From Thermoanaerobaculia bacterium (GTDB lineage: Bacteria > Acidobacteriota > Thermoanaerobaculia > Multivoradales > Multivoraceae), in the NCBI GenBank assembly GCA_965116145.1, contig OZ220482.1, positions 1,800,850 to 1,864,849 of the forward strand: a stretch of 64,000 bases of DNA, read 5' to 3'. This document shows positions 18,417 to 28,581 of the stretch, one piece after another. The notes under the pieces are model-generated. The model was given only the letters and a program-made list of their open reading frames with translations. It made no database searches and was not told the DNA's origin. The stretch's first letter is position 1, and the number at the start of each line of letters is the position of its first letter. A program made the translations under genes and the position numbers.

Positions 18417-18599
18417 GCACCGGCAGGCGAGGGAGCACGCCCTCCCAAGGCCCTGTTCGGGTTCGACGAAGGAGTACGTCTTGCCCCTGACCGGAAGCAG
18501 TCCGCCACACCGGGAGCGTCTTCCGGTTCGGTATAGCCATACGACCTTGGCGCCAAGCGCGTGCGGGGCGTTCCGCGCCACCTTCAACCGGCGGCCGGC

Positions 18600-20531
18600 A
18601 TGACGACGCCTTACCTTGCAGCTGCGCTGCAGGAACTGACGGACAGGCAGCGGCAGGCCGTCGAGTGGGACGACGGACCGTTGCTGGTGATTGCCGGGCC
18701 GGGTTCGGGGAAGACGCGGGTGCTGACCTGCCGGGTGGCGCGGTTGCTTGAGGACTCGCCGAAGGAGCAGTTCCGTGTTCTCGGGTTGACCTTCACGAAC
18801 AAGGCGGCCGGCGAGATGAGGACAAGGATCGCCGCCATGGTTCCCGACGCCGTGGACCGCGCGGAGATCTGCACGTTCCACGGCTTCTGTTCCCGGTTCC
18901 TGCGCCAGCACGGCAGCCGTTGCGGCATCAGGCCGGACTTCAGGATCTACGCACGAAACTCCGACCGACGGCTGCTTCTGGGCGAAGCCCTGCAGCGCAA
19001 CGCTCTGGATCTCGAAGACGAGATCCAGCCCCTGCTGGCCTGCATCGACCGTCTGAAGAGCAGGCTCATCGACCAGGAAGACGCGGCGTCGCGGTTGCGC
19101 GAGCACCCCGGTCTGGCGTTCGAGCTTTCCGATCGTGTCGATATCGATCGGATCGAGCTTGCCTACCGGCTGTACGAAGACGAGCTGACCCGGACCAACG
19201 GCCTCGACTTCAACTCGCTGCTCCTTCGTGCATTCCAGCTACTGGATCGCCCGACGCTGTCCCGATACTGCAGGAGGACCTACCGATACTGGCTGGTCGA
19301 CGAGTTCCAGGACACGAACGACACGCAGTATCGGCTGCTTCGGCGCATGGCCGGAGACCACTTTCGGGAGTTGTTCGCCGTCGCGGACGAGGACCAGACG
19401 ATCTACGAATGGAACGGCGCGAGTGTCGAACGCATCGACACCCTGAAGACGGATTTCGACTGCGCCGTCCTGCAGTTGTCGGAGAACTTCCGCTGTCCGC
19501 CCCGGGTCGTGGAAGCGGCGAACCGGCTCGTCGCCAACAACCGTCACCGCGAGCAGTCCAAGGCGGCAGCCACGCCCGCAGGCCGGCACGCCCTGGGTGG
19601 TGCGGCGATCGAGTACGAGGTGTTCCCCGATGACTGGACGGAAGCCGAGAGGATCGCCAGGAAGATGACCGGCCTCAAGCGGGACGAGCGCCCGGAGACG
19701 GTGGTGCTCGCCAGGACCCACGCGCTGCTGGAGGCGGTTCAGACGGCCCTGGAAGAGCTGGGCGTGCCGACGGCGCTGCTGACGCGGCGCGAGGAGTTCT
19801 CGTCGCCGCAGATGCGGTGGTTCGCGGCCTGTCTGAAGCAGATCCATCAACCGAACGACCGGGGCAACCTGGCGGCGCTGACGGACGCTTTCCAGGACTT
19901 CGCCGGCGTTCGCCCAAGGCCGGAGAAGGTCATCGAGCGCTCGAAGAAGGACCGGGTCACGCCGCTGGCCGCCTGGCTCGACAAGGTTCGGCAGGCAGCC
20001 CCGGTGATGCTGCCGCTGGTCGAAGCGGTTCAGCGCCTGGAATCGGGAGATGTCCGCCTGACCGAGGCTGTCGCCAGCGCCGCCGAGTGCTTCGGGAGCG
20101 AGCAGGAAGACGGCGATCTGAAGGACGACATGATCGCCTGGCGTCGGATCGAACAGGAAGTGCGGCAAGCGAGGGGCGACGTGCCGCTCGAGGAGTTCCT
20201 CCAGGAGCTGGAACTGCGGTCCAAGGCGCCGCCGGCGGCGGCGGATGCGGTCGCACTGAGCACGGTTCACGCCGCGAAGGGTCTGGAATTCGACCGGGTC
20301 TACCTGATCGGCCTCGCGGACGGCGTGTTTCCTTCGTGGTACAGCGTCCAGAGGGGCGACGATAGCGCGGCGATCGAGGAAGAGCGCCGCAGTTGCTTCG
20401 TGGCGATCACCCGCACGAAGAAGAGGCTGCACCTGTCGCGGGCAAGGGAGTACAACGGCTGGGAGAAGACGCCGTCGCGGTTTCTCGCGGAGATCGGCCT
20501 GGAGAGGGAGGGTTCCCACAAGACCCGATAG
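18600..20531 (+). CDS. UvrD/PcrA/Rep-type SF1 helicase (copy 2, paralog of 10772..12700)
   Basis: ATG at 18600 (the track GTG at 18561 is possible). Same SF1 motif set: IAGPGSGKTRV, WLVDEFQDTN, FAVADEDQTIYEWNGA, ENFRCPP, STVHAAKGLEFDRVYL and EEERRSCFVAITRTKKRL. Confidence 0.85.
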   Translation: MTTPYLAAALQELTDRQRQAVEWDDGPLLVIAGPGSGKTRVLTCRVARLLEDSPKEQFRVLGLTFTNKAAGEMRTRIAAMVPDAVDRAEICTFHGFCSRFLRQHGSRCGIRPDFRIYARNSDRRLLLGEALQRNALDLEDEIQPLLACIDRLKSRLIDQEDAASRLREHPGLAFELSDRVDIDRIELAYRLYEDELTRTNGLDFNSLLLRAFQLLDRPTLSRYCRRTYRYWLVDEFQDTNDTQYRLLRRMAGDHFRELFAVADEDQTIYEWNGASVERIDTLKTDFDCAVLQLSENFRCPPRVVEAANRLVANNRHREQSKAAATPAGRHALGGAAIEYEVFPDDWTEAERIARKMTGLKRDERPETVVLARTHALLEAVQTALEELGVPTALLTRREEFSSPQMRWFAACLKQIHQPNDRGNLAALTDAFQDFAGVRPRPEKVIERSKKDRVTPLAAWLDKVRQAAPVMLPLVEAVQRLESGDVRLTEAVASAAECFGSEQEDGDLKDDMIAWRRIEQEVRQARGDVPLEEFLQELELRSKAPPAAADAVALSTVHAAKGLEFDRVYLIGLADGVFPSWYSVQRGDDSAAIEEERRSCFVAITRTKKRLHLSRAREYNGWEKTPSRFLAEIGLEREGSHKTR

Positions 20532-20665
20532 GACGAGCGCGAAGACTCACGAATGGCTCGACGGTCGCCTCCACCATCACAGCCGGCGCCGGGTCCGAGG
20601 GCCGCTCCTCGCGGCGCAAGGGCTTCCGAAGCCGCCCGGCGCCCCCGCAGACCCGGCCGCTCCAC

Positions 20666-20695
20666 TTGACAGCCGCTCCGGTCCTCTCCTACGCT
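20666..20695 (+). promoter_or_regulatory. Candidate sigma70-type promoter of the ilv-leu operon
   Basis: Perfect -35 TTGACA (20666-20671), an 18-nt spacer, then TACGCT (20690-20695). It lies about 75 nt upstream of the leader ORF and about 350 nt upstream of ilvE. Confidence 0.35.
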
Positions 20696-20766
20696 CCGAC
20701 CCACGATCTACCAGTCGGCAGGTCGACTGAACACCCCCACCGCAACAGGATTCATCGAACCGGCTG

Positions 20767-20943
20767 ATGACGCGCCCGGAAACAGTGCCGTATCTGCGGG
20801 GCGCTTCTTCGTCCCGGGCTGGCGTACGCAACGCTGGAGGCGGCCGCGCTCTCCGACGGGCGTTCCGGTTGCCGGCCCGCCAGGGTTCCGCCGGCGTCCT
20901 GCTGCTGCTTCTGGTTCTGATTCTTGCGACCACAGGGGGCTGA
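20767..20943 (+). CDS. Candidate ilv-leu leader peptide (58 codons from ATG 20767; a TTG at 20869 would give 24 codons)
   Basis: The open frame ends ...Q G S A G V L L L L L V L I L A T T G G stop. There are ten consecutive Leu/Val/Ile codons at 20896-20925, and four of them are T-ending codons that are rare in this GC-rich DNA. The stop lies about 30 nt upstream of an intrinsic terminator. No convincing SD sequence was seen, so the start is uncertain. Confidence 0.4.
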   Translation: MTRPETVPYLRGASSSRAGVRNAGGGRALRRAFRLPARQGSAGVLLLLLVLILATTGG

Positions 20944-20975
20944 CAGGCGCACCAATCGAATACCGAGCGACCTTG

Positions 20976-21005
20976 AGCCCCCAGCACCGCCTGGGGGCTT
21001 TTTTT
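20976..21005 (+). terminator. Rho-independent terminator (attenuator) upstream of ilvE
   Basis: AGCCCCCAG (20976-20984), loop CACCGC, CTGGGGGCT (20991-20999), running into T7 (20999-21005). The upstream GGGGGCT (20935-20941, overlapping the leader stop codon) can pair with AGCCCCC of the 5' arm as an antiterminator. Confidence 0.65.
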
Positions 21006-21041
21006 GGTTCGGCCGTCAGTGGAAGTCAGCGGAGCAACTGC

Positions 21042-22016
21042 ATGCCCATCGAACGATCGGAGTGGATCTGGATCGACGATCAGTGGACGCCCTGGAACGA
21101 GGCGACCGTCCACCTGACGACGCACGGCCTGCACTACGGCTCGTCGGTCTTCGAGGGCATCCGCGCCTACGACACCGGCGAGACGACGGCGATCTTCCGT
21201 CTCGGCGCCCACGTCCGACGCCTGTTCGACAGTTGCCGCATCATGCGGATGGATCCCGGCTACAGCCGGGAGCAGGTCGAGGAACTGTGCATCGAGGCGG
21301 TCGTCCGCAACCGCCTCGAGTCGTGCTACATCCGGCCGCTGATCTACCGGGGCGACGAGGAGATGGGCCTCAACCCGATGGACTGCAGCTCCAGACTCGC
21401 GATCTACGCGGTGCGCTGGGGGCGCTATCTCGGGGAGGAGGCGATCGAACAGGGCGTCGACGCCGCCATCAGCTCCTGGCGGCGTTTCAACTCGAACACG
21501 GCCGTGCCCCTGGGCAAGATCAGCGGGCAGTACGTCACCAACCAGTTCGTGTCCATCGAGGCGCGCGAGCACGGCTACGCAGAGGGCATCATGCTGGACG
21601 AACGCGGCCTGGTCTGCGAGGGCGCCGGCGAGAATCTCTTCCTGATCAAGGACGGCGTGATCACCACGCCGCCGCTCTACAGCTCGATCCTGGGCGGGAT
21701 CACCCGGGACTCGGTCATCGCGATCGCCCGCGACCTGCAGTACGAGGTCCGTTTCGAGCCGATCGCCCGGGAGGAGCTCTACCTCGCCGACGAGCTGTTC
21801 ATGACCGGTACGGCAGCCGAGGTCAGTCCGGTGCGTTCCGTCGACCGGATCCCGATCGGCAGCGGCACGCGCGGTGAGATCACGCACCGCCTTCAGGAGG
21901 AGTTCTTCGAGCTGGTCGAGGGTCGGCTCCCCGACCGGCACGGCTGGCTCACCCAGGTACCCGGCGCACGTGCAGCCGCTGCGCCCCGGGCGAACGAAGG
22001 AGGAGGTCAGGGATGA
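21042..22016 (+). CDS. ilvE: Branched-chain amino-acid aminotransferase
   Basis: ATG at 21042 (MPIERSEWIWID), with GGAG 7 nt upstream. HGLHYGSSVFEGIRAY, the fold-type IV PLP enzyme pattern and GGITRDSV are present. Confidence 0.9.
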   Translation: MPIERSEWIWIDDQWTPWNEATVHLTTHGLHYGSSVFEGIRAYDTGETTAIFRLGAHVRRLFDSCRIMRMDPGYSREQVEELCIEAVVRNRLESCYIRPLIYRGDEEMGLNPMDCSSRLAIYAVRWGRYLGEEAIEQGVDAAISSWRRFNSNTAVPLGKISGQYVTNQFVSIEAREHGYAEGIMLDERGLVCEGAGENLFLIKDGVITTPPLYSSILGGITRDSVIAIARDLQYEVRFEPIAREELYLADELFMTGTAAEVSPVRSVDRIPIGSGTRGEITHRLQEEFFELVEGRLPDRHGWLTQVPGARAAAAPRANEGGGQG

Positions 22017-23908
22017 GCAGCAACGGGTCGACACCGGACCGAACGAACCAGGAAGCGGGCATGAGCACGGACACCGTCGTGCTGACCGGCGCCGAGATCG
22101 TGTGCGAGTGCCTGCTGCGCGAGGAAGTCGACATCGTCTTCGGCTACCCGGGCGGGGCCATCCTGCCGACCTACGACGCCCTGACGAAGTACCCGCAGCT
22201 CCACCACGTGCTGACCCGGCACGAGCAGGGGGCCTCGCACATGGCCGACGGCTACGCCCGCGCCACCGGCAGGGTCGGCGTCGCGATGGCGACGAGCGGC
22301 CCCGGTGCGACGAACCTGGTGACCGGGATCGCGACCGCGATGATGGACTCTTCTCCCGTCGTCTGCATCACCGGTCAGGTGCCGACCGGCGCCATCGGCA
22401 GCGACGCCTTCCAGGAGACGGACGTCACCGGCATCACCCTTCCCATCACCAAGCACAACTACCTGGTGAGGAGCATCGAGGAGCTGCCCGAGGTGATGCG
22501 CGAGGCGTTCCATATCGCACGCACCGGCCGGCCGGGACCGGTGCTGGTCGATATCCCCAAGGATGTCCAGATCCAGACCGCCGAGTTCGTCTACCCGACT
22601 GAGCCGATCGAGCTTCGCGGCTACCGGCCGCCGCGGGCGGCGCGCGCCCGCCAGGTCGAAGCGGCGCTGGAGCTGATCCGGGAGTCCAGGCGGCCGATCA
22701 TCCTCGCCGGCCACGGCATTTCGATGGCCGGCGCCAACAGCGAACTCGCACAATTGGCGGAGAAGACCCGGATCCCGGTGGCCCTGACCCTGCTCGGCAA
22801 GGGCGCCCTCTCCGAACACCATCCGTTCTGCCTGGGGATGATGGGCATGCACGGCGGCGCCGAGGTGAACCACGCGATCCAGCAGGCCGATCTCCTGATC
22901 GCCCTGGGCATGCGCTTCGACGACCGGGTGACCGGCAACCTCGCGACCTACGCCAGGAACTCGCGCAAGATCCACATCGACATCGATCCCTCGGAGATCA
23001 ACAAGAACGTCACCGTGGATGTCGGCATCGTCGGCGACCTGGGCGAAGTGCTGGGGCAGTTGCTCGAGCGGGTCGAGCGGCAGCCGGACGAGACATGGCT
23101 CGACCGCATCGCCAAGTGGCGCGCGGACTCCGAGCTGCGGGAGATCGTCCGGCCGGCCGACGCGCCGCAGCACCCGGCGGCGCCGCAGGGCAAGCTGCTC
23201 GGCGCCCAGGTCATCCGCGACCTCTTCGAGTTCACCGGCGGCGGCGCCGTGACCGTCACCGACGTCGGCCAGCATCAGATGTGGGAAGCGCAGTACTACC
23301 CCCACGAACGCCCGCACAGCCTGATCACCAGCGGCGGACTGGGCACGATGGGCTTCGGCGTGCCGGCGGCGATCGGAGCGAAGATGGCGCGTCCCGACCA
23401 GGAAGTGTGGGCGATCGTCGGCGACGGCGGCTTCCAGATGACGTTGATGGAACTCGCCACGGCGGTTCAGGAAAAGGTCAACGTCCACATCGCGATCATC
23501 AACAACGGCTTCCTCGGCATGGTGCGCCAGTGGCAGGAGTTCTTCTACGACGAGCGCTACAACGCAACGCCCATGGTCAACCCGGACTTCTGCAAGCTTG
23601 CCGAGGCCTACGGCATCCCGGCCACCAGGGTCACCGAGCGGAGCGGCATCGAGGAGGCGGTCGGCGCGTCGCGCGCCCGCCGCGAAGGGCCGACCCTGAT
23701 CGAGTTCGTCGTCGAGAAGGAGGAGATCGTCTACCCCATGGTGCCGGCGGGCGCCGACCTCGACGACATGATCCGCCGGCCGACACCCGCCGAGTTCATG
23801 CGCCGGCGCCGCGAACCGGAGCCGGAAGCGCCGGCGCCCGAGGCGGTTGCGGCCGAGCCGGAGGCGCCGGCCGCCGCGGCTGCCCTGGGCTCGCGCTTCG
23901 GGGTGTGA
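22013..23908 (+). CDS. ilvB: Acetolactate synthase large subunit
   Basis: AGGAGG lies 6 nt upstream of the ATG at 22013, and the start overlaps the ilvE stop. ThDP-enzyme motifs: [23 protein letters not shown] and [17 protein letters not shown]...VGDGGFQM. A Pro/Glu/Ala-rich C-terminal tail is present. Confidence 0.9.
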   Translation: MSSNGSTPDRTNQEAGMSTDTVVLTGAEIVCECLLREEVDIVFGYPGGAILPTYDALTKYPQLHHVLTRHEQGASHMADGYARATGRVGVAMATSGPGATNLVTGIATAMMDSSPVVCITGQVPTGAIGSDAFQETDVTGITLPITKHNYLVRSIEELPEVMREAFHIARTGRPGPVLVDIPKDVQIQTAEFVYPTEPIELRGYRPPRAARARQVEAALELIRESRRPIILAGHGISMAGANSELAQLAEKTRIPVALTLLGKGALSEHHPFCLGMMGMHGGAEVNHAIQQADLLIALGMRFDDRVTGNLATYARNSRKIHIDIDPSEINKNVTVDVGIVGDLGEVLGQLLERVERQPDETWLDRIAKWRADSELREIVRPADAPQHPAAPQGKLLGAQVIRDLFEFTGGGAVTVTDVGQHQMWEAQYYPHERPHSLITSGGLGTMGFGVPAAIGAKMARPDQEVWAIVGDGGFQMTLMELATAVQEKVNVHIAIINNGFLGMVRQWQEFFYDERYNATPMVNPDFCKLAEAYGIPATRVTERSGIEEAVGASRARREGPTLIEFVVEKEEIVYPMVPAGADLDDMIRRPTPAEFMRRRREPEPEAPAPEAVAAEPEAPAAAAALGSRFGV

Positions 23909-23937
23909 CGCCGGACGGCAGCCGAGGAACCCGAGAG

Positions 23938-24483
23938 ATGGCGAAGCACATCCTGGCCACCCTGGTCGAAAACCGCCCTGGCGTCCTTGCCCGGGTGGCG
24001 AACCTGTTCAGACGGCGCAGCTTCAACATCGACAGCCTGTCCGTGGGGCGCACGCAGCGCGACGACATGTCCCGGATGACGATCGTCATGGAGTCGGACA
24101 GCGCGGAGGCGGATCGCCTGGTCAAGAACCTGTACAAGCTTGTCGATGTCGTCCACGTCGACCACCTGCACGATCAGCCCTCGGTGGCCAGGGAAATGGC
24201 CCTGGTCAAGATCAGCGCGAACTCCGCGAACCGGCGCGAGGTGATCCAGCTCTGCGACATCTTCCGGGCCCGGATCATCGATGTGGCCGCCGAGACCCTG
24301 GTGGTCGAGATCACCGGCGAGGAAGAGAAGATCGAGCACTTCACCGAACTCGTTCGGCCTTTCGGCATCGTCGAGATGGTGCGCACCGGCGTCATCGCAC
24401 TCGGCCGCGGCGGCCATACCCTGAAGGACGAGGGCTTCAGGCCCAACCGCAGGCGCGCCGCGGCGCGCCGCAACGTACTCTGA
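23938..24483 (+). CDS. ilvN: Acetolactate synthase small (regulatory) subunit
   Basis: ATG at 23938 ([37 protein letters not shown]), an ACT-domain signature. The longer track ORF 23095..24483 is an upstream artefact. Confidence 0.9.
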   Translation: MAKHILATLVENRPGVLARVANLFRRRSFNIDSLSVGRTQRDDMSRMTIVMESDSAEADRLVKNLYKLVDVVHVDHLHDQPSVAREMALVKISANSANRREVIQLCDIFRARIIDVAAETLVVEITGEEEKIEHFTELVRPFGIVEMVRTGVIALGRGGHTLKDEGFRPNRRRAAARRNVL

Positions 24484-24530
24484 GCACCCTGAACCCAACG
24501 GCTGGAACCAGCAGAAGAGGACCCATCCAG

Positions 24531-25532
24531 ATGGCAAAGCTCTACTACGACGACGACGCGGATCTCACCCGGCTCGACGGCCGCACCGTCGCCGTCATCG
24601 GCTACGGCAGCCAGGGCCACGCCCATGCCCTGAACCTGCGCGACAGCGGCGTGGACGTCGTCGTCGGACTGCGCGAGGGCAGCGGCAGCCGGGTCCAGGC
24701 CGAGGCGGACGGACTAGAGGTGCTAGGCAACGCCGACGCTGCCGCCAAGGCGCAGATCGTCATGGTCCTGGCGCCCGACACGGTGCAGGCCGAGCTCTAC
24801 GAACAGGACCTCGCTCCCCATCTCGAGCCTGGGAACACCCTGATGTTCGCCCACGGCTTCAACGTCCGCTACGGCCAGATCGAGGCGTCCGAGGACGTAG
24901 ACGTGTCCCTGGTGGCGCCCAAGGCGCCCGGGCACAGGGTCCGGGAGGTGTTCACCGAGGGCGCGGGTACGCCGGGCCTGGTGGCCGTCGAGAACGACGC
25001 CAGCGGCGGCGCCCGCGACGACGCTCTCGCCTACGCGAAGGGCATCGGCTGCACCCGCGCCGGCGTCATCGAGACCACGTTCTCGGAGGAAACGGAAACC
25101 GATCTCTTCGGTGAGCAGATCGTCCTCTGCGGCGGCGCCTCGGCCCTGGTCCGCGCCGGCTTCGAGAAGCTGGTCGCCGCCGGCTACCAGCCCGAAGTCG
25201 CCTACTTCGAGTGCCTGCACGAGCTGAAGCTCATCGTCGACCTGATGTACGAGGGCGGGCTCGGCTACATGTGGTACAGCGTCTCCGACACGGCCGAGCA
25301 CGGCGGCTACCACGCGGGCGACCAGATGATCACGGCAGAGGTGCGGAAGGTGATGGACAAGGTGCTCACGGACATCCAGGACGGGACCTACGCCCGCGAC
25401 TGGATCGCCGAGAACCGGAACGGCCGCCCCCGCTTCACCCCGCGCCGGGCGCAGGAGCGAACCCACCCGATCGAGGAGGTCGGACGGGAACTGCGCCGGA
25501 TGATGCCGTTCCTGGACGCCAAGGAGGTCTGA
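24531..25532 (+). CDS. ilvC: Ketol-acid reductoisomerase (class I)
   Basis: ATG at 24531 ([40 protein letters not shown]). Internal to track ORF 23847..25532. Confidence 0.9.
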   Translation: MAKLYYDDDADLTRLDGRTVAVIGYGSQGHAHALNLRDSGVDVVVGLREGSGSRVQAEADGLEVLGNADAAAKAQIVMVLAPDTVQAELYEQDLAPHLEPGNTLMFAHGFNVRYGQIEASEDVDVSLVAPKAPGHRVREVFTEGAGTPGLVAVENDASGGARDDALAYAKGIGCTRAGVIETTFSEETETDLFGEQIVLCGGASALVRAGFEKLVAAGYQPEVAYFECLHELKLIVDLMYEGGLGYMWYSVSDTAEHGGYHAGDQMITAEVRKVMDKVLTDIQDGTYARDWIAENRNGRPRFTPRRAQERTHPIEEVGRELRRMMPFLDAKEV

Positions 25533-25534
25533 CA

Positions 25535-27163
25535 ATGACAGAGCAGGCCCCGGACGGAGACCACGTCCGGATCTTCGACACCACGTTGCGCGACGGCGAA
25601 CAGTCGCCGGGCGCCACGATGACGAGCGCCGAGAAGCTCGAGGTGGCGCGCCAGCTCGCCGTGCTGGGGGTCGACATCATCGAGGCCGGCTTCCCCGCCG
25701 CCAGTCCCGACGACCTGGAAGCTGTGCGGCGAATCGCCCGCGAGGTCGGGAAGGGCGACGGACCGGTCATCGCGGGGCTCGCCCGCTGCTGGCGCGAGGA
25801 CATCGACAAGGCCTGGCAAGGGGTGCGGGACGCCGCCAGGCCCCGCATCCACACGTTCATCGCCACATCCGACCTGCACATGGACCGCAAGCTGGGCATG
25901 ACCCGGGAGCAGGTCCTGAGCCAGGTCGGCCACATGGTGGCGCACGCGCGGTCCCTCTGCGACGACGTCGAGTTCAGTCCCGAGGACGGCAGCCGCTCCG
26001 ACCCGGCGTTCCTGGTCGAAGTGCTCTCGCTCGCCGTCAGGGAAGGCGCCACGACGCTGAACATCCCGGACACGGTCGGCTACGACATGCCGGCCGAGTA
26101 CGGCGACCTCTTCCGCTACCTGATGAAGCACACGGAGGGCGCTGCCGAGGTCATCTGGTCCGCCCACTGCCATGACGATCTCGGCTGCGCCACCGCCAAT
26201 ACCCTGGCGGCGATCGAGGCCGGCGCACGCCAGGCCGAGGTCACGATCAACGGAATCGGCGAGCGCGCCGGCAACACCTCGCTGGAGGAGATCGTCATGG
26301 CGCTCCACACGAGGCCCGCGATCCACGGCGTCGGCACCCGTCTCAACACGACGGAGCTGGTGCGCACCAGCCGCCTGGTCGCCCACTACACCGGCATCTC
26401 GGTGCCGCGCAACAAGGCGGTCGTCGGCGAGAACGCGTTCGCCCACGAGGCCGGCATCCACCAGCACGGCATGCTCCAGGATCAGCGCACCTACGAGATC
26501 ATGACCCCCCAGACGGTGGGCCTGACCCGGAGCCGGCTGGTGCTCGGCAAGCACTCCGGCAAGCATGCGCTGCGCCTGCGGCTGGAGGAACTCGGCTTCG
26601 AACTGAACCGGCAGGAGCTCGGCGAAGCCTTCCGCCGCTTCAAGCAACTGGCCGATCAGAAGAAGGACATCACGGACGCCGACCTGCAGGCTCTGGCGAA
26701 CCAGGAGATCCTGGCGCCGACGGAGATCTTCGCGCTGACCGAGCTGCAGATCTCCTGCGGCCGCCCGGGCATGCCGACCGCCACCGCCCGCCTGCGCGGT
26801 CCGAACGGCCGCGAGTACATCTCGCCCGGCGTCGGCACCGGCCCGGTCGATGCGACCTTCCGGGCCATCGACGCCGTGGTCGAGGCCGAGAACACGCTCA
26901 TCGAGTACAACGTCCACAGCGTCACCGAGGGCATCGACGCGATGGGCGAGGTCACGGTGCGGATCAAGAGCCCCGCTTCCGGCCGCGGCAAGGGGCGCGT
27001 CTTCGGCGGCTACGGCGCCGACATGGACATCATCGTCGCTTCCGCCAAGGCGTACCTGGCGGCGCTCAACCGGATGCTGACCGCGATCGGCACGAAGTAC
27101 ACGGCGGGCGAAGGAAGCCCCGCCACGTTGCAGGTCTCAGGCCCGCGGACGGTCGAGGCATGA
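25535..27163 (+). CDS. leuA: 2-isopropylmalate synthase
   Basis: ATG at 25535, 3 nt after the ilvC stop, with AGGAGG upstream. [31 protein letters not shown] and a C-terminal LeuA-dimer domain are present. Confidence 0.9.
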   Translation: MTEQAPDGDHVRIFDTTLRDGEQSPGATMTSAEKLEVARQLAVLGVDIIEAGFPAASPDDLEAVRRIAREVGKGDGPVIAGLARCWREDIDKAWQGVRDAARPRIHTFIATSDLHMDRKLGMTREQVLSQVGHMVAHARSLCDDVEFSPEDGSRSDPAFLVEVLSLAVREGATTLNIPDTVGYDMPAEYGDLFRYLMKHTEGAAEVIWSAHCHDDLGCATANTLAAIEAGARQAEVTINGIGERAGNTSLEEIVMALHTRPAIHGVGTRLNTTELVRTSRLVAHYTGISVPRNKAVVGENAFAHEAGIHQHGMLQDQRTYEIMTPQTVGLTRSRLVLGKHSGKHALRLRLEELGFELNRQELGEAFRRFKQLADQKKDITDADLQALANQEILAPTEIFALTELQISCGRPGMPTATARLRGPNGREYISPGVGTGPVDATFRAIDAVVEAENTLIEYNVHSVTEGIDAMGEVTVRIKSPASGRGKGRVFGGYGADMDIIVASAKAYLAALNRMLTAIGTKYTAGEGSPATLQVSGPRTVEA

Positions 27164-28581
27164 GCGCGCCGCAGACACTGTTCGAGAAGATCTGGCGGCG
27201 CCATCTGGTGACCGCGGAGGCCGACGGGTTGCCGGCGACCCTCTACATCGACCTGCACCTGGTGCACGAGGTGACCTCGCCGCAGGCGTTCACCGAACTG
27301 GCCGAACGGGGACTGCCGGTGCGGCGGCCCGAGCTGACCCTGGCGACGATGGACCACTCGACGCCGACCGATCCCTCGATCGACCCGCCGCGGCTGCGAG
27401 TGCTCGACCCGGAGGGCGCAGCCCAGCTCGACCGGCTGCAGGCGAACTGCGAACGGCACGGTATCCCGCTCTTGGCGATGGGCGACGAGCGCCGCGGCAT
27501 CGTCCACGTGATCGGGCCCGAGCTAGGCGCCACCCAGCCCGGAATGACGGTTGTCTGCGGCGACAGCCACACCAGCACCCACGGCGCGTTCGGCGCGCTC
27601 GCCTTCGGCATCGGCACCAGCGAAGTCGGCCATGTCCTCGCCACCCAGTGCCTGTTGCAGCACCGACCGAAGACCTGCGAGGTGCGGGTCGACGGACGCC
27701 TGCAGGAAGGCGTTGCCGCCAAGGACATCATCCTGGCGGTGATCGCCCGGATCGGCATCGGCGGCGGCACCGGCCATGTCTTCGAGTACACCGGCGAGGC
27801 GATCCGTGCGCTCGACATGGAGGGCAGGATGACGGTCTGCAACATGTCGATCGAGGGCGGCGCCCGCGCCGGCCTGATCGCCCCCGACGACGTCACCCTC
27901 GCGTACCTGGAGGGCCGCCCGATGGCGCCCGTCGGTGACGCCTGGGAGGCGGCGGTGAACGACTGGCGGTCGCTGCCGACGGACGACGGCGCTCACTACG
28001 ACCGGACCGCGACGCTCGACGGTTCGACGATCGAGCCGATGGTCACCTGGGGCACGAACCCCGGCATGGCCATCCCGATCGCGGGCACGATCCCGGAGGA
28101 CGACAGTGTCGAGCCCGAGAAGCGCGCCTCCTTCCGCAAGGCGCTCGACTACATGGCACTCGAACCCGGCCAGCCGCTCCGGGGCAAGCCGATCGACGTC
28201 GTCTTCGTCGGCAGTTGCACGAACTCCCGCTACAGCGACCTCGCGGCCGCCGCGAACGTGCTGCGCGGCCGCAAGGTGGCCGAAGGGCTGCGTGTCCTGG
28301 TCGTGCCCGGCTCGGACGCGGTCAAGCGGCAGGCGGAACGGGACGGACTCGCCCAGGTCTTCGTCGACGCCGGCGCCGAGTGGCGGGAAGCCGGCTGCTC
28401 CATGTGTCTGGCAATGAACGGCGACCAGCTCGCGCCCGGCCAGTACGCGGTCAGCACGTCGAACCGCAACTTCGAGGGCCGCCAGGGCGCCGGCGGGCGC
28501 ACCTTCCTGGCAAGCCCCCTGACCGCGGCGGCGTCCGCGATCACCGGCCGGGTCACCGATGTCCGCGAGGTGCTGTCGTGA
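27160..28581 (+). CDS. leuC: 3-isopropylmalate dehydratase large subunit
   Basis: The start overlaps the leuA stop. Aconitase-family motifs: [31 protein letters not shown] and CSMCLAMN. Confidence 0.9.
   Translation: MSAPQTLFEKIWRRHLVTAEADGLPATLYIDLHLVHEVTSPQAFTELAERGLPVRRPELTLATMDHSTPTDPSIDPPRLRVLDPEGAAQLDRLQANCERHGIPLLAMGDERRGIVHVIGPELGATQPGMTVVCGDSHTSTHGAFGALAFGIGTSEVGHVLATQCLLQHRPKTCEVRVDGRLQEGVAAKDIILAVIARIGIGGGTGHVFEYTGEAIRALDMEGRMTVCNMSIEGGARAGLIAPDDVTLAYLEGRPMAPVGDAWEAAVNDWRSLPTDDGAHYDRTATLDGSTIEPMVTWGTNPGMAIPIAGTIPEDDSVEPEKRASFRKALDYMALEPGQPLRGKPIDVVFVGSCTNSRYSDLAAAANVLRGRKVAEGLRVLVVPGSDAVKRQAERDGLAQVFVDAGAEWREAGCSMCLAMNGDQLAPGQYAVSTSNRNFEGRQGAGGRTFLASPLTAAASAITGRVTDVREVLS

Noticed and set aside
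23760-23908. Pro/Glu/Ala-rich repetitive C-terminal tail of ilvB (..[24 protein letters not shown]..), considered as a separate feature or a frameshift artefact.
   Set aside because: It is in frame with the enzyme and is followed by a normal intergenic gap and the ilvN start. Low-complexity tails are common in high-GC genomes, and I found no evidence of a separate function.
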